64,000 nt of DNA from Nitrospirota bacterium (GTDB taxonomy: Bacteria; Nitrospirota; Thermodesulfovibrionia; Thermodesulfovibrionales; JdFR-86), in assembly GCA_963721805.1 (NCBI GenBank), contig CAVRJY010000002.1, positions 5,067 through 69,066 on the forward strand, read 5' to 3'. The notes beneath the pieces are model-generated. The model worked only from the letters and a program-made list of their open reading frames with translations, ran no database searches and was not told where the DNA came from. Below are positions 11,270 through 20,196 of this stretch, piece after piece (within the stretch, counting starts at the first letter, position 1; each line of letters opens with the position of its first letter). The translations under genes were made by a program, and so were the position numbers.

Positions 11270-11464
11270 TCAAATATCGATGCGACATGCGCCCTGACCA
11301 GTATTACCTGTAAGATGCTCAATAATTATCTCCCGGCATAGTTCTGCTGCTGAAGTTACTTTCGTGGTGTCCTCCATGTTCTTCTTTGCTGCGAGTTGAC
11401 GAAGCTGTGAGCGATAAGTCTCAGGTAAGCTGATCATCATGGCCACTTGTTTACATTGCTTCAT
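11270..11464 (-). CDS. Ribbon-helix-helix (CopG-like) protein (64 aa)
   Basis: A GAAGGAGG RBS precedes the start. MMISLPETYRSQLRQLAAKKN..SAAELCREIIIEHL fits an RHH fold. A hairpin plus T-run lies downstream (~11240-11265, minus strand). Confidence 0.5.
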   Translation of the reverse strand: MKQCKQVAMMISLPETYRSQLRQLAAKKNMEDTTKVTSAAELCREIIIEHLTGNTGQGACRIDI

Positions 11465-11567
11465 TGTTGATGTCCTCCTTCATGGATATGTGGTATATAG
11501 TATTTGTTCGATGGTCAGACAAAAATAATCTGTTTTTGTGCAAATAGCTTTTGGCAGTCTCGGATCC

Positions 11568-11859
11568 GGTTAGAACCCCATGTGAAAAGGTTAGAAGTAA
11601 ACTCGCCTGAAATTGCTTAAAATCAGCCGTTATTCGACAAAGGTTAGAAAGTTAGAAGGTTAGAAGTTAGACGCACATATATACCATATATAGAGAATAA
11701 TATACGGAGTACGGCTAAAGACAAAACACTTCAACATCACTTAAAGAATATATATATTACTTCTAACCTTCTAACTTTCTAACTACTAGCCTTATCTTCT
11801 TGTTTTTATTGCATTATTATGGTTAGAACTCGGTTAGAACTCGCTTGACCATTCTAACC
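11568..11859. repeat. Putative replication origin: GGTTAGAA iterons in both orientations around an AT-rich core
   Basis: GGTTAGAA occurs at 11568, 11589, 11642, 11658, 11821 and 11832, with AGTTAGAA at 11650. Inverted copies TTCTAAC(C/T) occur at 11761, 11769, 11777 and 11852. An AT-rich spacer spans 11673-11760. The whole region lies directly downstream of the 3' end (11908) of the PrimPol-helicase gene, between it and the RHH genes. Confidence 0.6.
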
Positions 11860-11907
11860 ACAGCGAGGTCTGAGCCCAATTACCCAGACCTCGTATAGCG
11901 GCACTTT

Positions 11908-14900
11908 TTAGAACTCGATATCACCCAAACTCTCAATACGCTTTTCCCCATCGTCAGTAGGATTAATGCGACTGAGATCAACGTGGACATTATATCTTGA
12001 GGGAGTTTCAACACGTTCCTTCTCATAAAGAAGGACTTCAGTTATCGCAGACAATTTAATCGCATAGCAGTAAATGGATTCGCTCATGATCTTTACAGAT
12101 TTACCATTGCCCTTTTTATTTTTAACCAGCCAACCACGATCCTCAAAAGTTCTAATCATTGATTCACCGTCGAATCCGTCGTCTTTAAGGATTCTCATGA
12201 AAACCGATTTCGTGAATGCAATATATCCCTCATCCCATTTTCCAGACCATCCGCTATGAGGGACAACTGGACTGTTATTCCCATAAGAGCTTGCAGCATG
12301 TTTACCCCAAAATGTGGTCTGATTAGAAACCGCCCAGCTATATAGAGCTTCAAGAGCTTTAACCGTCATATCGCGTTTTTCATTATTGATAGATTTATCC
12401 CATATGACATCAACCAGACGATCCTTATCAATAAACCGAAGCTCTGGGATAGCTTCATGTATCAGAGAGATGGCCATGCTCAAGAGGGTAATGTATTCCG
12501 ACAACCTGATAGCTACTGGATCATCACCTGCACGGGCACTGAAGATATTTTGTTCCTGACGATAGAGATCAACCCATTTTGACCAGTTTTGCTTATTCGC
12601 CATTATATATTCGATCCACCTGTAACCGACATGACCATAGTTCTGCATGAGGAGCTGTTTGATTTGATTGACCTTGGTTGCCGTGATGTTATTTGTAGCA
12701 CTAAATGGCGATCCCCATAGAGACAGGACCCGACCACGTTGCCCACCATCTTGCGTGACATTTACAATCGGACTCTCACCGTTGGTTAAGAGCACTGTTC
12801 TCCAGGAGCCTCTATTTCCTAATCCTTTAATGCTTCCTCTGCCTTTGCCAACACCGCTACAGATTAAATAGATAACCCTGCTAAGTAGGGTATTTCCAGC
12901 GTCTCGGGCATTTCCTGTTCCTGCGAGTTTCGTATCATCCATATACATTGGCAAATCATTCAGTAAGGATGCAGTTCTTTCGACGTTAACTCTGGTGGTC
13001 TCCCATGACCGTACAAGTGAGCTAGATGAGCGATTATCTGGATTCCCCCAAGTCGAAGCTCCAAGGGCAAGAGTCGTGGTCTTACCAGTCGATGTTGTAT
13101 TGCAATAATCAACGATGAAGTTCTGTACTTCAAGGATTTTAAGTAGCGGGGGTAATAGGGAAAAGTATATAGATGAAACAGCAACAGGATAATCAGATGC
13201 CAACTTCACAGCTTTTAGCCATTGGTTGAAGTCACCCTTAGTCTTAAATCCCTTAGCAATCTGATCATTACCTTGGTCATCGGCGCTGAAGGAAACTTGT
13301 CCAGTTGAACTCGAATCAGAATAATATCGATCACCACATAGGAATCCATCTGAATCACCCTGCCAGCCGAGAAATGAGCTGACCTTTGCTTCCGGTATGA
13401 CCTTATAGTTCACATTGTCATAAGCGGCCAGGTATTCAACCACAGATTTTGCATTGATACTGTTTATTGGTAGCCCATGGCCTGAAAGCTCCACAATCTT
13501 TTTTGTATCAGCTATTTTATGCTTTTCGAGTATTTGATCACTTGGTTTGCCGTCTCTTATCCAGCAGAGCTTAATGGATTCCATTCCTGAGTTAACGTCC
13601 GTGTACCTCTCGGTTAGAAACACGGGGATAGGGAGAATCTCAGCCTCATACCATTGCTCTTCTTTCTTGTCCCAAAGAACCTTTGATATGACACCCTTAC
13701 CAGATATCGACCATCCAGCAGGAATGACCGCAGATGCATCCACAGGGGCCTTAGGGACGATATTCTGTACAGCTTGACCAATACCTAGGGTGCGATCAAT
13801 TCGATGAAATAGACCCGCTGGAGATTTAACCTTACAGGATTCCAGACACTTAAACCCTTTCTCCTTAATGTGCTTGCATGTATGCGGTTTTGTGTCTTGA
13901 AGTGAATGCCGGATTTTCCTGTCCGTTTCAGCCTTATTGTAGTTCGGATGTCCCTTTGAGAATTCATGACAGAGTTCTTCTCCATTGGGGGATAGACATG
14001 CAATATTAGAAACCATAGCGTACCAGAGAGGTTCAGAGAGACTGGCCTGATTTTCATATGCATGTTTAAGGAAGGCACATTTCATAAGCTCGTCAATAGT
14101 TACATTATCGGTTCGAAAAGATTTTATAGTTTCTGTCCTGACAACAATTGGAGATGTCACAGGCTTTTCTTCGTTTGCAGATAATCCCCATTCATTTATC
14201 ACTCGGTCAAGATCAGCTTCAGTGGCGTACTTTATAGTAGACAGAATCTCAACTTGATCAGCATACGCTGTTTTGAATCCACTGTCAGGATCGAGAATAA
14301 CCGTGTGATCTCCTTGCATTGCTATCCCTTGAAATGGAAGAGCTATCAGATTTCCTATGCTATCTGGATCGCTGTGCTTGTCTTGAGTTGGGAAGAATTT
14401 ATCAAATGATGAGTTTATGACATCATCACCTATGACCTGAGCTTCCTTCAATAATGCCATGACCACAGTCCGAGCTTTCATTGCAGGAACTGGATCCTTA
14501 AAGAAGATATAGACGTGATACCCTTTGCCAGATTTTGATCTCAACACATAACAGTCAAGATCTTGCTCATATGCCGCATAATAATACTTCTCGACATCTA
14601 AAAGAGGATTTACGGGATAGTCTTCTTTTTCATGGTCGTCAAAATCGGCAGCAATGAAATGACAGGTATTATCCTTCAGTAATGGATATACCCCATGAAT
14701 CTTTTTCCCGGCGATATGATCCTCAAGATGCTTATCAGAAAATGGAATATACGCTGTTACCTTGCAAGCACTACAAGATCCGCTCTTCATACTCATGGGG
14801 CAGACATCTTTTTTCCAGATATTCGCACATAACGGATAGTACGGTTTTCCAAATCTCTGAGCTATCACATCAGTTCGCCCTTTGAAAACTTCTTTGACCA

Positions 14901-14925
14901 ACGGCAGTAAATCACTTTTTTCCAT
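11908..14925 (-). CDS. Replication protein: archaeo-eukaryotic PrimPol domain + PriCT-like + DUF927/SF3-helicase-like ATPase (1005 aa, intact)
   Basis: FIAADFDDH (DxD) and SGKGYHVYIFF (primase-polymerase motifs); CAFLKHAYENQASLSEPLWYAMVSNIA (PriCT-like); Walker A CNTTSTGKTTT. Confidence 0.75.
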   Translation of the reverse strand: MEKSDLLPLVKEVFKGRTDVIAQRFGKPYYPLCANIWKKDVCPMSMKSGSCSACKVTAYIPFSDKHLEDHIAGKKIHGVYPLLKDNTCHFIAADFDDHEKEDYPVNPLLDVEKYYYAAYEQDLDCYVLRSKSGKGYHVYIFFKDPVPAMKARTVVMALLKEAQVIGDDVINSSFDKFFPTQDKHSDPDSIGNLIALPFQGIAMQGDHTVILDPDSGFKTAYADQVEILSTIKYATEADLDRVINEWGLSANEEKPVTSPIVVRTETIKSFRTDNVTIDELMKCAFLKHAYENQASLSEPLWYAMVSNIACLSPNGEELCHEFSKGHPNYNKAETDRKIRHSLQDTKPHTCKHIKEKGFKCLESCKVKSPAGLFHRIDRTLGIGQAVQNIVPKAPVDASAVIPAGWSISGKGVISKVLWDKKEEQWYEAEILPIPVFLTERYTDVNSGMESIKLCWIRDGKPSDQILEKHKIADTKKIVELSGHGLPINSINAKSVVEYLAAYDNVNYKVIPEAKVSSFLGWQGDSDGFLCGDRYYSDSSSTGQVSFSADDQGNDQIAKGFKTKGDFNQWLKAVKLASDYPVAVSSIYFSLLPPLLKILEVQNFIVDYCNTTSTGKTTTLALGASTWGNPDNRSSSSLVRSWETTRVNVERTASLLNDLPMYMDDTKLAGTGNARDAGNTLLSRVIYLICSGVGKGRGSIKGLGNRGSWRTVLLTNGESPIVNVTQDGGQRGRVLSLWGSPFSATNNITATKVNQIKQLLMQNYGHVGYRWIEYIMANKQNWSKWVDLYRQEQNIFSARAGDDPVAIRLSEYITLLSMAISLIHEAIPELRFIDKDRLVDVIWDKSINNEKRDMTVKALEALYSWAVSNQTTFWGKHAASSYGNNSPVVPHSGWSGKWDEGYIAFTKSVFMRILKDDGFDGESMIRTFEDRGWLVKNKKGNGKSVKIMSESIYCYAIKLSAITEVLLYEKERVETPSRYNVHVDLSRINPTDDGEKRIESLGDIEF

Positions 14926-15055
14926 AATTTAATCGTTCCTTTAATAATTCCATAATTTGTTCAATACGACAAAGCCGCATTTTTAGTTTGTTACATCTTT
15001 CAATCAGAGAGAGGCCAATTAGTGGCATGTAGACTATGACCCTATATCTCTATGT

Positions 15056-15288
15056 TCCCTGAGTAGTCAGATTTATTTTTTCTGGTCGGAATAGTGCTTA
15101 TACGTCGTTAAACGCTATTTCCAATGGCAAGCATAGCTACTGGAGATCGGGCTAGGAGGTTATTTGTCAGAAAAGTCCTGAGTAGAACATAGGATTTTTG
15201 GATAATGGTTTGGCGCTCAGAATTATTTTTCTTGGTCGCGATCACTGGGAAAAGCGATTATACGTCATTAAACGCTTAATCCAACTGG
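15056..15288 (+). repeat. Two imperfect direct repeats upstream of the PrimPol gene (15056-15126 and 15176-15288)
   Basis: Shared blocks are CCTGAGTAG, CAGA(T/A)TTATTTTT(T)CT(T)GGTCG and TTATACGTC(G/A)TTAAACGCT..TCCAA. The second copy carries internal insertions. Confidence 0.5.
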
Positions 15289-15406
15289 AGAGACAACCAT
15301 TGGAACGGATCCCAGACAGTAATTTGCCTAAAAAAAGCTGGGGAAAAACGCAGGATCCTGCGTATTTTTGTTCTATAAGCGCGTCTCCCTTGCCGTATTT
15401 TGCACC

Positions 15407-15943
15407 TTATTCGGCTATCCGATTTTCGGGGGCCACCTTTTTAAGATAGTAATAGGTCATTATTTTATTAATATCCGGCAGACAGCGAGATTTAAAACCA
15501 TTCTTCTCATAAAATCTCATGGCTAAGTTATCTTCATGAACCGTTGTCTGGAGGACAATTTTATCAATGCCCAATTCCCTGCATTTTTGCTCCATTTTAT
15601 CGAGTAAGTTCTGCCCTATTCCCATTGATCTGTATTGTTCTTCTACATATAAATGTCTAATATGACAAAAAGAATATTGGGTTTTGATCCCAGCCACCAG
15701 AACTCCGATTATATGCGCATTATGCAAAGATAGGATCGCAATTCCTTCATCATACTCTTTCGTCAAAATAAGCTTTTCTCGATCTTTTGTTAACGGAATA
15801 AAGTTCTTATCATATTTTATGACATGATTGTTCAATTTATCTATAAATGGATAAATAGCATCCATGTATTCAACAGGGTTTACAATCAAATAACTCACTG
15901 GTTGCGAAATCAATTGCTTCTGATGCTTCTCTGATGGTTTCAT
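15407..15943 (-). CDS. GNAT family N-acetyltransferase
   Basis: LYVEEQYRSMGIGQNLLDKMEQKCRELG..AMRFYEKNGF. I prefer the start at MKPSEKH (15943), which has a GGAGA RBS. Confidence 0.75.
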   Translation of the reverse strand: MKPSEKHQKQLISQPVSYLIVNPVEYMDAIYPFIDKLNNHVIKYDKNFIPLTKDREKLILTKEYDEGIAILSLHNAHIIGVLVAGIKTQYSFCHIRHLYVEEQYRSMGIGQNLLDKMEQKCRELGIDKIVLQTTVHEDNLAMRFYEKNGFKSRCLPDINKIMTYYYLKKVAPENRIAE

Positions 15944-16053
15944 CTGATCTTCTCCATTAATGCTGTTGGAAATCCACTCAACTATCACATGGCACGGAGA
16001 TAGGGCGGATGGCGAAGGAGGGAGCCCACCACCATCCACCCCCAGGAAGAAGA

Positions 16054-16605
16054 CTATTTGTCGCTAGTTGCGTTAGAGTGCGAAGCCTTTCCATCTCCAT
16101 GCATCTTGCACTCCTGATGTCCAATGAACTCTTTCTTGAGCATCTCCTTGAGTTTCTTCCTCTGCTCGGGCGTCAGCTTCAATTTGATTTCTTCACGAGC
16201 TTTAATGAAGGAAAGCTTAATATCAGTCTTCAAGGATTCGATCTGCTTAAGTTTTGCCTCGACCGCACCCATGTCGACAGTGTCTTTGCGCATGATCTCT
16301 CTCAGTTCGATCTGAGCTATGCGCTCGTCGGCCCTTTTCCTTATAAGTTCCTTCATAACGTTGGACCTGATATCTCCTATCTCCGCCCTCTGAGTGTCGT
16401 TGAGGTCGAGGGCCATTATATTCCTCCACATGTGACGCTTTCGCATGTGATGCCTTTCACCCTGCCATTCATCCTGCATCGTTGCCTTCGAGCAGGATGC
16501 ACAATGCTTCATTCCGCCTTCATCGGCGCTTGCGGTCTGAGTGAAATACGCCCCACCAAACATCATTGTCGCGACAAGCAGACTTATGCTTAGGCGTTTA
16601 ATCAT
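16054..16605 (-). CDS. Periplasmic CpxP/Spy-like protein
   Basis: Signal peptide MIKRLSISLLVATMMFGGAYFTQTASA, an LTPEQRKKL motif and a helical, charged repeat character. An AAGAGGAGA RBS precedes the ATG at 16605. Confidence 0.6.
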   Translation of the reverse strand: MIKRLSISLLVATMMFGGAYFTQTASADEGGMKHCASCSKATMQDEWQGERHHMRKRHMWRNIMALDLNDTQRAEIGDIRSNVMKELIRKRADERIAQIELREIMRKDTVDMGAVEAKLKQIESLKTDIKLSFIKAREEIKLKLTPEQRKKLKEMLKKEFIGHQECKMHGDGKASHSNATSDK

Positions 16606-16832
16606 CTTCGTTCTCCTCTTTCTGTTAACTGCGTTATTGTAATGAGCGATCTTATAGATTAAGATTAGCAGACGAATATGGCCCAATCGTGGAAGAAACA
16701 AGGAAGAAATGTGGAACAAATAAGGAAGTTCATGAAATGCTCAAGAAACGCTACGCTAAAGCCATTTTTATGCCGATAAGACGATTGGAGCATAAGCTTC
16801 GGACGGAGAAAAAGTGTTAAGGAGGATACACT

Positions 16833-17594
16833 ATGTCAACAGGAGTTTCAGGAGGAGTGAACGGGGGAAATAACCCATGGCAGACGATGAAGAGTGACAT
16901 GCAGACCGTAATGCAGGCACTGAGTTCATCTCAGAACAATCAGACTTCGAATTCCAGTACAAGCGGTGGCGACACGGTCACCATCTCGGCAGATGGACTT
17001 CAGAAGGCGCTCGCATCGCTTCAGACGGATATCTCGAACATGCCTGGCATGTCTTCTTCTCAGGGTGCCTCAACCAACGGCAGCTCAAGCAACAACCCCA
17101 TGCAGAAACTGAGCAGCGATATCACGACCCTTCAGACCGCGATGCAGTCTGGCGACCAGAGCCAGATTCAGAGCGCAGAGACGACAGTGTCTAACGACAT
17201 GTCGGGTATGACGAAGGGGCATGGCCATCACCACCACGGCGGCGGCAAGGGATCTCAGGGCGCTGACGGAAACAGTGTCTCGCTCAGCTCTCTGGTTGAC
17301 GCCATCAACTCTGCGAGCGGCAAGCAGTCCTCTGATTCCACATCATCGAGTAGCTCGTCTTCAAGCGCCTCTAACAGCACGACATACGACGTTAAGGACA
17401 CGAACAAAGACGGTACTGTTTCGACAGCCGAGGAACTCGCTTACGACCTTAAGAACGGAACCGGGAGCCTATCTGCCAGCGATGTGGCCAATGTTATCAT
17501 CAAAACTATAGAGCAGGATGCGCAGCAGGCTAGCAGCACTCAGTCCACGAACTCAGGTTCCACCGGGGTTGCGGCTACAGGTGTTTCCGCCTGA
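16833..17594 (+). CDS. Ser/Thr/Gln-rich low-complexity protein with a His tract and an EF-hand-like loop
   Basis: AAGGAGG RBS. Repeated LQ..L.S.QTD/..TLQTAMQSGD segments, a GHGHHHHGGG tract, and DVKDTNKDGTVSTAEELAYDL, which matches the DxNxDGxVSxxE calcium-loop pattern. Confidence 0.55.
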   Translation: MSTGVSGGVNGGNNPWQTMKSDMQTVMQALSSSQNNQTSNSSTSGGDTVTISADGLQKALASLQTDISNMPGMSSSQGASTNGSSSNNPMQKLSSDITTLQTAMQSGDQSQIQSAETTVSNDMSGMTKGHGHHHHGGGKGSQGADGNSVSLSSLVDAINSASGKQSSDSTSSSSSSSSASNSTTYDVKDTNKDGTVSTAEELAYDLKNGTGSLSASDVANVIIKTIEQDAQQASSTQSTNSGSTGVAATGVSA

Positions 17595-17864
17595 TCGTAG
17601 CATTGCAGCCAGAGTACATAGCTGACCGCTATAAGATCCGCAAGCGAGGATGACGAGGGAGTGTAAAAGCCCTCGTCGTTCCTGCGTGCAATGTCTCAGC
17701 ATGTGTTAATCGGGCCATCGTATCGTCCTTAATGTCCGATTAGGCCCCTATGTGGGTCATTATTGCATGCTGATTAACTAGGGTTTTAAGTTCTCTTAAG
17801 GTTTAAGCTGAACCCTCCGATATGTTCATCAATGCCGACGAACACATATGACAGGAGGATGTAT

Positions 17865-18245
17865 ATGCAGGACACACTGTCTGTTGAAATGACGAACGAT
17901 GAGATTGAATCTTTGAGTGAAGACGATAGAGTTTATACAGTCGGACTGCTGCTTGACGGTGCAATAAACTTCGTACAGAGGTCTCGGGCCGAACTAAGTA
18001 TTGGTAATATTAATGGTAAGGTCAAGTACATTGACAAGGCTACCTCAATAATTAAATACCTCTCAGATGTCATCATCATGGAGGGTGGTATCGTTTCCTC
18101 AGAGAATCTCAAGAATCTTTGTTCATTCGTTATGGATAAGCTCTTTGACGCAAACGTGAATAACAACGAAATAGCATATGACGATGTTGAGCGTATTCTG
18201 TTCGTCCTCAGGAACACATGGTACGAAATGGTGGAGGCTCAGTAA
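17865..18245 (+). CDS. FliS-like export chaperone family protein
   Basis: LLLDGAINFVQRS..KVKYIDKATSIIKYLSDVI..NLCSFVMDKLFDANVNNN..VERILFVLRNTW follows the FliS helix pattern. A GGAGG lies 6 nt before the ATG at 17865. Confidence 0.5.
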   Translation: MQDTLSVEMTNDEIESLSEDDRVYTVGLLLDGAINFVQRSRAELSIGNINGKVKYIDKATSIIKYLSDVIIMEGGIVSSENLKNLCSFVMDKLFDANVNNNEIAYDDVERILFVLRNTWYEMVEAQ

Positions 18246-18479
18246 CTTTTTACGGTCCCTATTCCCAAGAAATCAAAATGAAAGGGGGCTGATCAGGCCT
18301 TTTTTATTTAATAAAGCACCGATTACCCTGCCGAAATTCATGTCTTTATGCCCTCGCCACAAGAAATATGCTTGATATTCAATAGGATAGGTACGGATAG
18401 GCTGTCCATCCCGTGGCCCAGAAAAAAATTACAAACAAAGGTGCTCCCAACAAAAAGGAAAAAGGAGCATTAGAAGACC

Positions 18480-19817
18480 ATGCGAGCAGTGAGATTAGAG
18501 AATTCATTAGTAGTGCCAGTATCTGAAGCCTTGACAGTATCCCAACCAGAGAGGGACAATACAAATATATCGGTCTGGGGGTTTTCATTGATAAACATAA
18601 GAGCAAAGGGCAAGTGTCCTATCTGTAATAAGGCGTTCAAGGCGGACAAGAAATTTGGCTTTTTCTGTCCAGAGCATATGACTACGCCACAACGCTTCCA
18701 GATTGATTTCAGATATAAGAGTGAAAGGATACGAAGAGAAACCACGTTCGATGGGCGTCCCTTAAAATCTTTTGCTGAAGCATATGCATTGCTAAAGCAA
18801 GCTGAGAATGAAATCGCAGCACATAGGTTTGATCCTTCAAGGTGGTCCAGTAAGGAACGTTTTGAGTTTCGATTTGACAACCTTATTATGCGCTGGTATC
18901 AGGAGAAGGAAATCCTTATGAAGCAAGGGAAACTTGCTCCATCATATGTCCCAAAATTGATGACTTACATAAAACATTATTTCATGCCCGAGTTTGCATT
19001 GAAAGATGCTCGTGAAATAACCTCGGTAGATATCAAGGGATTTTACCTTACCCTTCCTGCAAAGGGATTGAAGGGGATACTTTCATTGAAATACCAAAAG
19101 AATGTTATGAATGCCCTTGAGGGTTTCTTTAACTGGCTACATGATCTTGATGTTATTGTTCAAATGCCTAAGTTCCAAAGGATTGAAGTGCCAGAACACG
19201 AGCCTATATTGATATCATCTCAGGAGCAAGCAATGATCATGGCCTATATACCTGCGGAGCATAAACCGATCTTTGCATTCCTATTTAATCAGGGGTGCAG
19301 ACCATCTGAAGTTAGAGCATTAAAGTGGATTGACATTGATCTCGTTAATGATCTGGTTACAATCAGAAGAACGTTCTCAGCTCATACATTGGTAAACCAC
19401 ACAAAAACCAAGAAGATTCGCCCAAATTATCTGTTCCCTGAAACGAAGGCACATCTCCCTGTACTTCCCGGACCAATTGAGTGGTGCAAAGACAGGTTTG
19501 TTTTTACGCACGGTAAAACCATGATAAGACCATATTCTGATAATCTAATCCATAAGATATATAACACAGCACTAGACGCACTTGAGCAAGCAACTGGAAT
19601 CAAAATAGACTCGCCACTTTATGAGGCAACGAAGTATAGTTTTGGGACGAACATGGTTAACGATTTTGATGTCCCAACTGATGTGGTTCAGGTGCATTAT
19701 GGACATACGTCTAAGGCTATGACACAGCGGTATGCGAAGCTAAATGCAGCTGCTGCACTGAAGAAGGCGGTCACCAAACGGTCACCAACCCCTCTGGACA
19801 CCGCTGCAAACGACTGA
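18480..19817 (+). CDS. Tyrosine recombinase / phage-type integrase with N-terminal Cys-rich segment
   Basis: C-terminal catalytic region ..GCRPSEVRALKW.. and VVQVHYGHTSKAMTQRYAKL (H-x-x-R..Y). CPICNKAF..FFCPEH lies near the N-terminus. The exact start is uncertain. Confidence 0.85.
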   Translation: MRAVRLENSLVVPVSEALTVSQPERDNTNISVWGFSLINIRAKGKCPICNKAFKADKKFGFFCPEHMTTPQRFQIDFRYKSERIRRETTFDGRPLKSFAEAYALLKQAENEIAAHRFDPSRWSSKERFEFRFDNLIMRWYQEKEILMKQGKLAPSYVPKLMTYIKHYFMPEFALKDAREITSVDIKGFYLTLPAKGLKGILSLKYQKNVMNALEGFFNWLHDLDVIVQMPKFQRIEVPEHEPILISSQEQAMIMAYIPAEHKPIFAFLFNQGCRPSEVRALKWIDIDLVNDLVTIRRTFSAHTLVNHTKTKKIRPNYLFPETKAHLPVLPGPIEWCKDRFVFTHGKTMIRPYSDNLIHKIYNTALDALEQATGIKIDSPLYEATKYSFGTNMVNDFDVPTDVVQVHYGHTSKAMTQRYAKLNAAAALKKAVTKRSPTPLDTAAND

Positions 19818-19832
19818 TAAATAAGGATTATT

Positions 19833-19868
19833 CAGTCGGCTCCGTGGGTTCGAATCCCACCTCCTCCG
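19833..19868 (+). other. tRNA 3'-end fragment (T-arm GTGGG-TTCGAAT-CCCAC + acceptor CTCCTCC + G); putative att core
   Basis: The T-loop and stem are seen directly. No complementary 5' acceptor (GGAGGAG), D arm or anticodon arm exists upstream, so this is not a complete tRNA. The tRNA identity is not determinable. Confidence 0.6.
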
Positions 19869-20106
19869 TATCACTTTATTGTTATTATTCGATAGGTTAA
19901 CCCTAAAAACACCCCCAAAATGTCGATCCGGTTTCGATCCGGTATGTTGGTTATATATGCTTAATAATTAGCCCTGTAAAGGTGATGAGAGCAAATCGGT
20001 TAAAGGGCTACAAGGGGTACCTTGACGCATACGGTTACTATGAAGATACACACCTCTAATGCCGAGCCCGAGCCTTCCACATGGAGCCCTAAACACTATC
20101 CCCGTA

Positions 20107-20173
20107 TTTTACGAAGATTTTACACCATTGCTTCCTGTTTTGACACCTATTTTACGTTATTTCGTGATAGGAT
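20107..20173 (+). promoter_or_regulatory. kdp-like promoter module A (tandem TTTTAC-type repeats + TG-n-TAGGAT) upstream of the porin
   Basis: TTTTAC at 20107 and 20118 (11-bp spacing), TTTTGAC at 20138, TTTTAC at 20150, then TTTCGTGATAGGAT. The module is collinear with module B at 21569-21623. Confidence 0.45.
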
Positions 20174-20196
20174 TTTAACAGGAGGCGAGAACTGAA

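Larger units (their letters stand above)
1..19868. mobile_element. AT-rich integrated genomic island, right-hand portion (continues left of the window); ends at integrase plus tRNA 3'-end fragment
   Basis: AT-rich composition up to ~19.9-20.0 kb versus GC-rich host DNA afterwards. A tyrosine integrase (18480-19817) lies 16 nt from a tRNA T-arm/acceptor fragment. The island has its own replication gene, an iteron origin and dnd cargo. Confidence 0.7.

Noticed and set aside
11568-11859. Possible CRISPR array or other short-repeat locus (GGTTAGAA repeats)
   Set aside because: The repeats are only 8 bp, irregularly spaced, present in both orientations and often directly abutting. There is no repeat-spacer periodicity. 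An iteron origin next to a replication gene is the better explanation.
16009-16593. 194-aa plus-strand ORF
   Set aside because: It is antisense to the CpxP/Spy-like gene, which has a signal peptide, an RBS and an LTPEQ motif.
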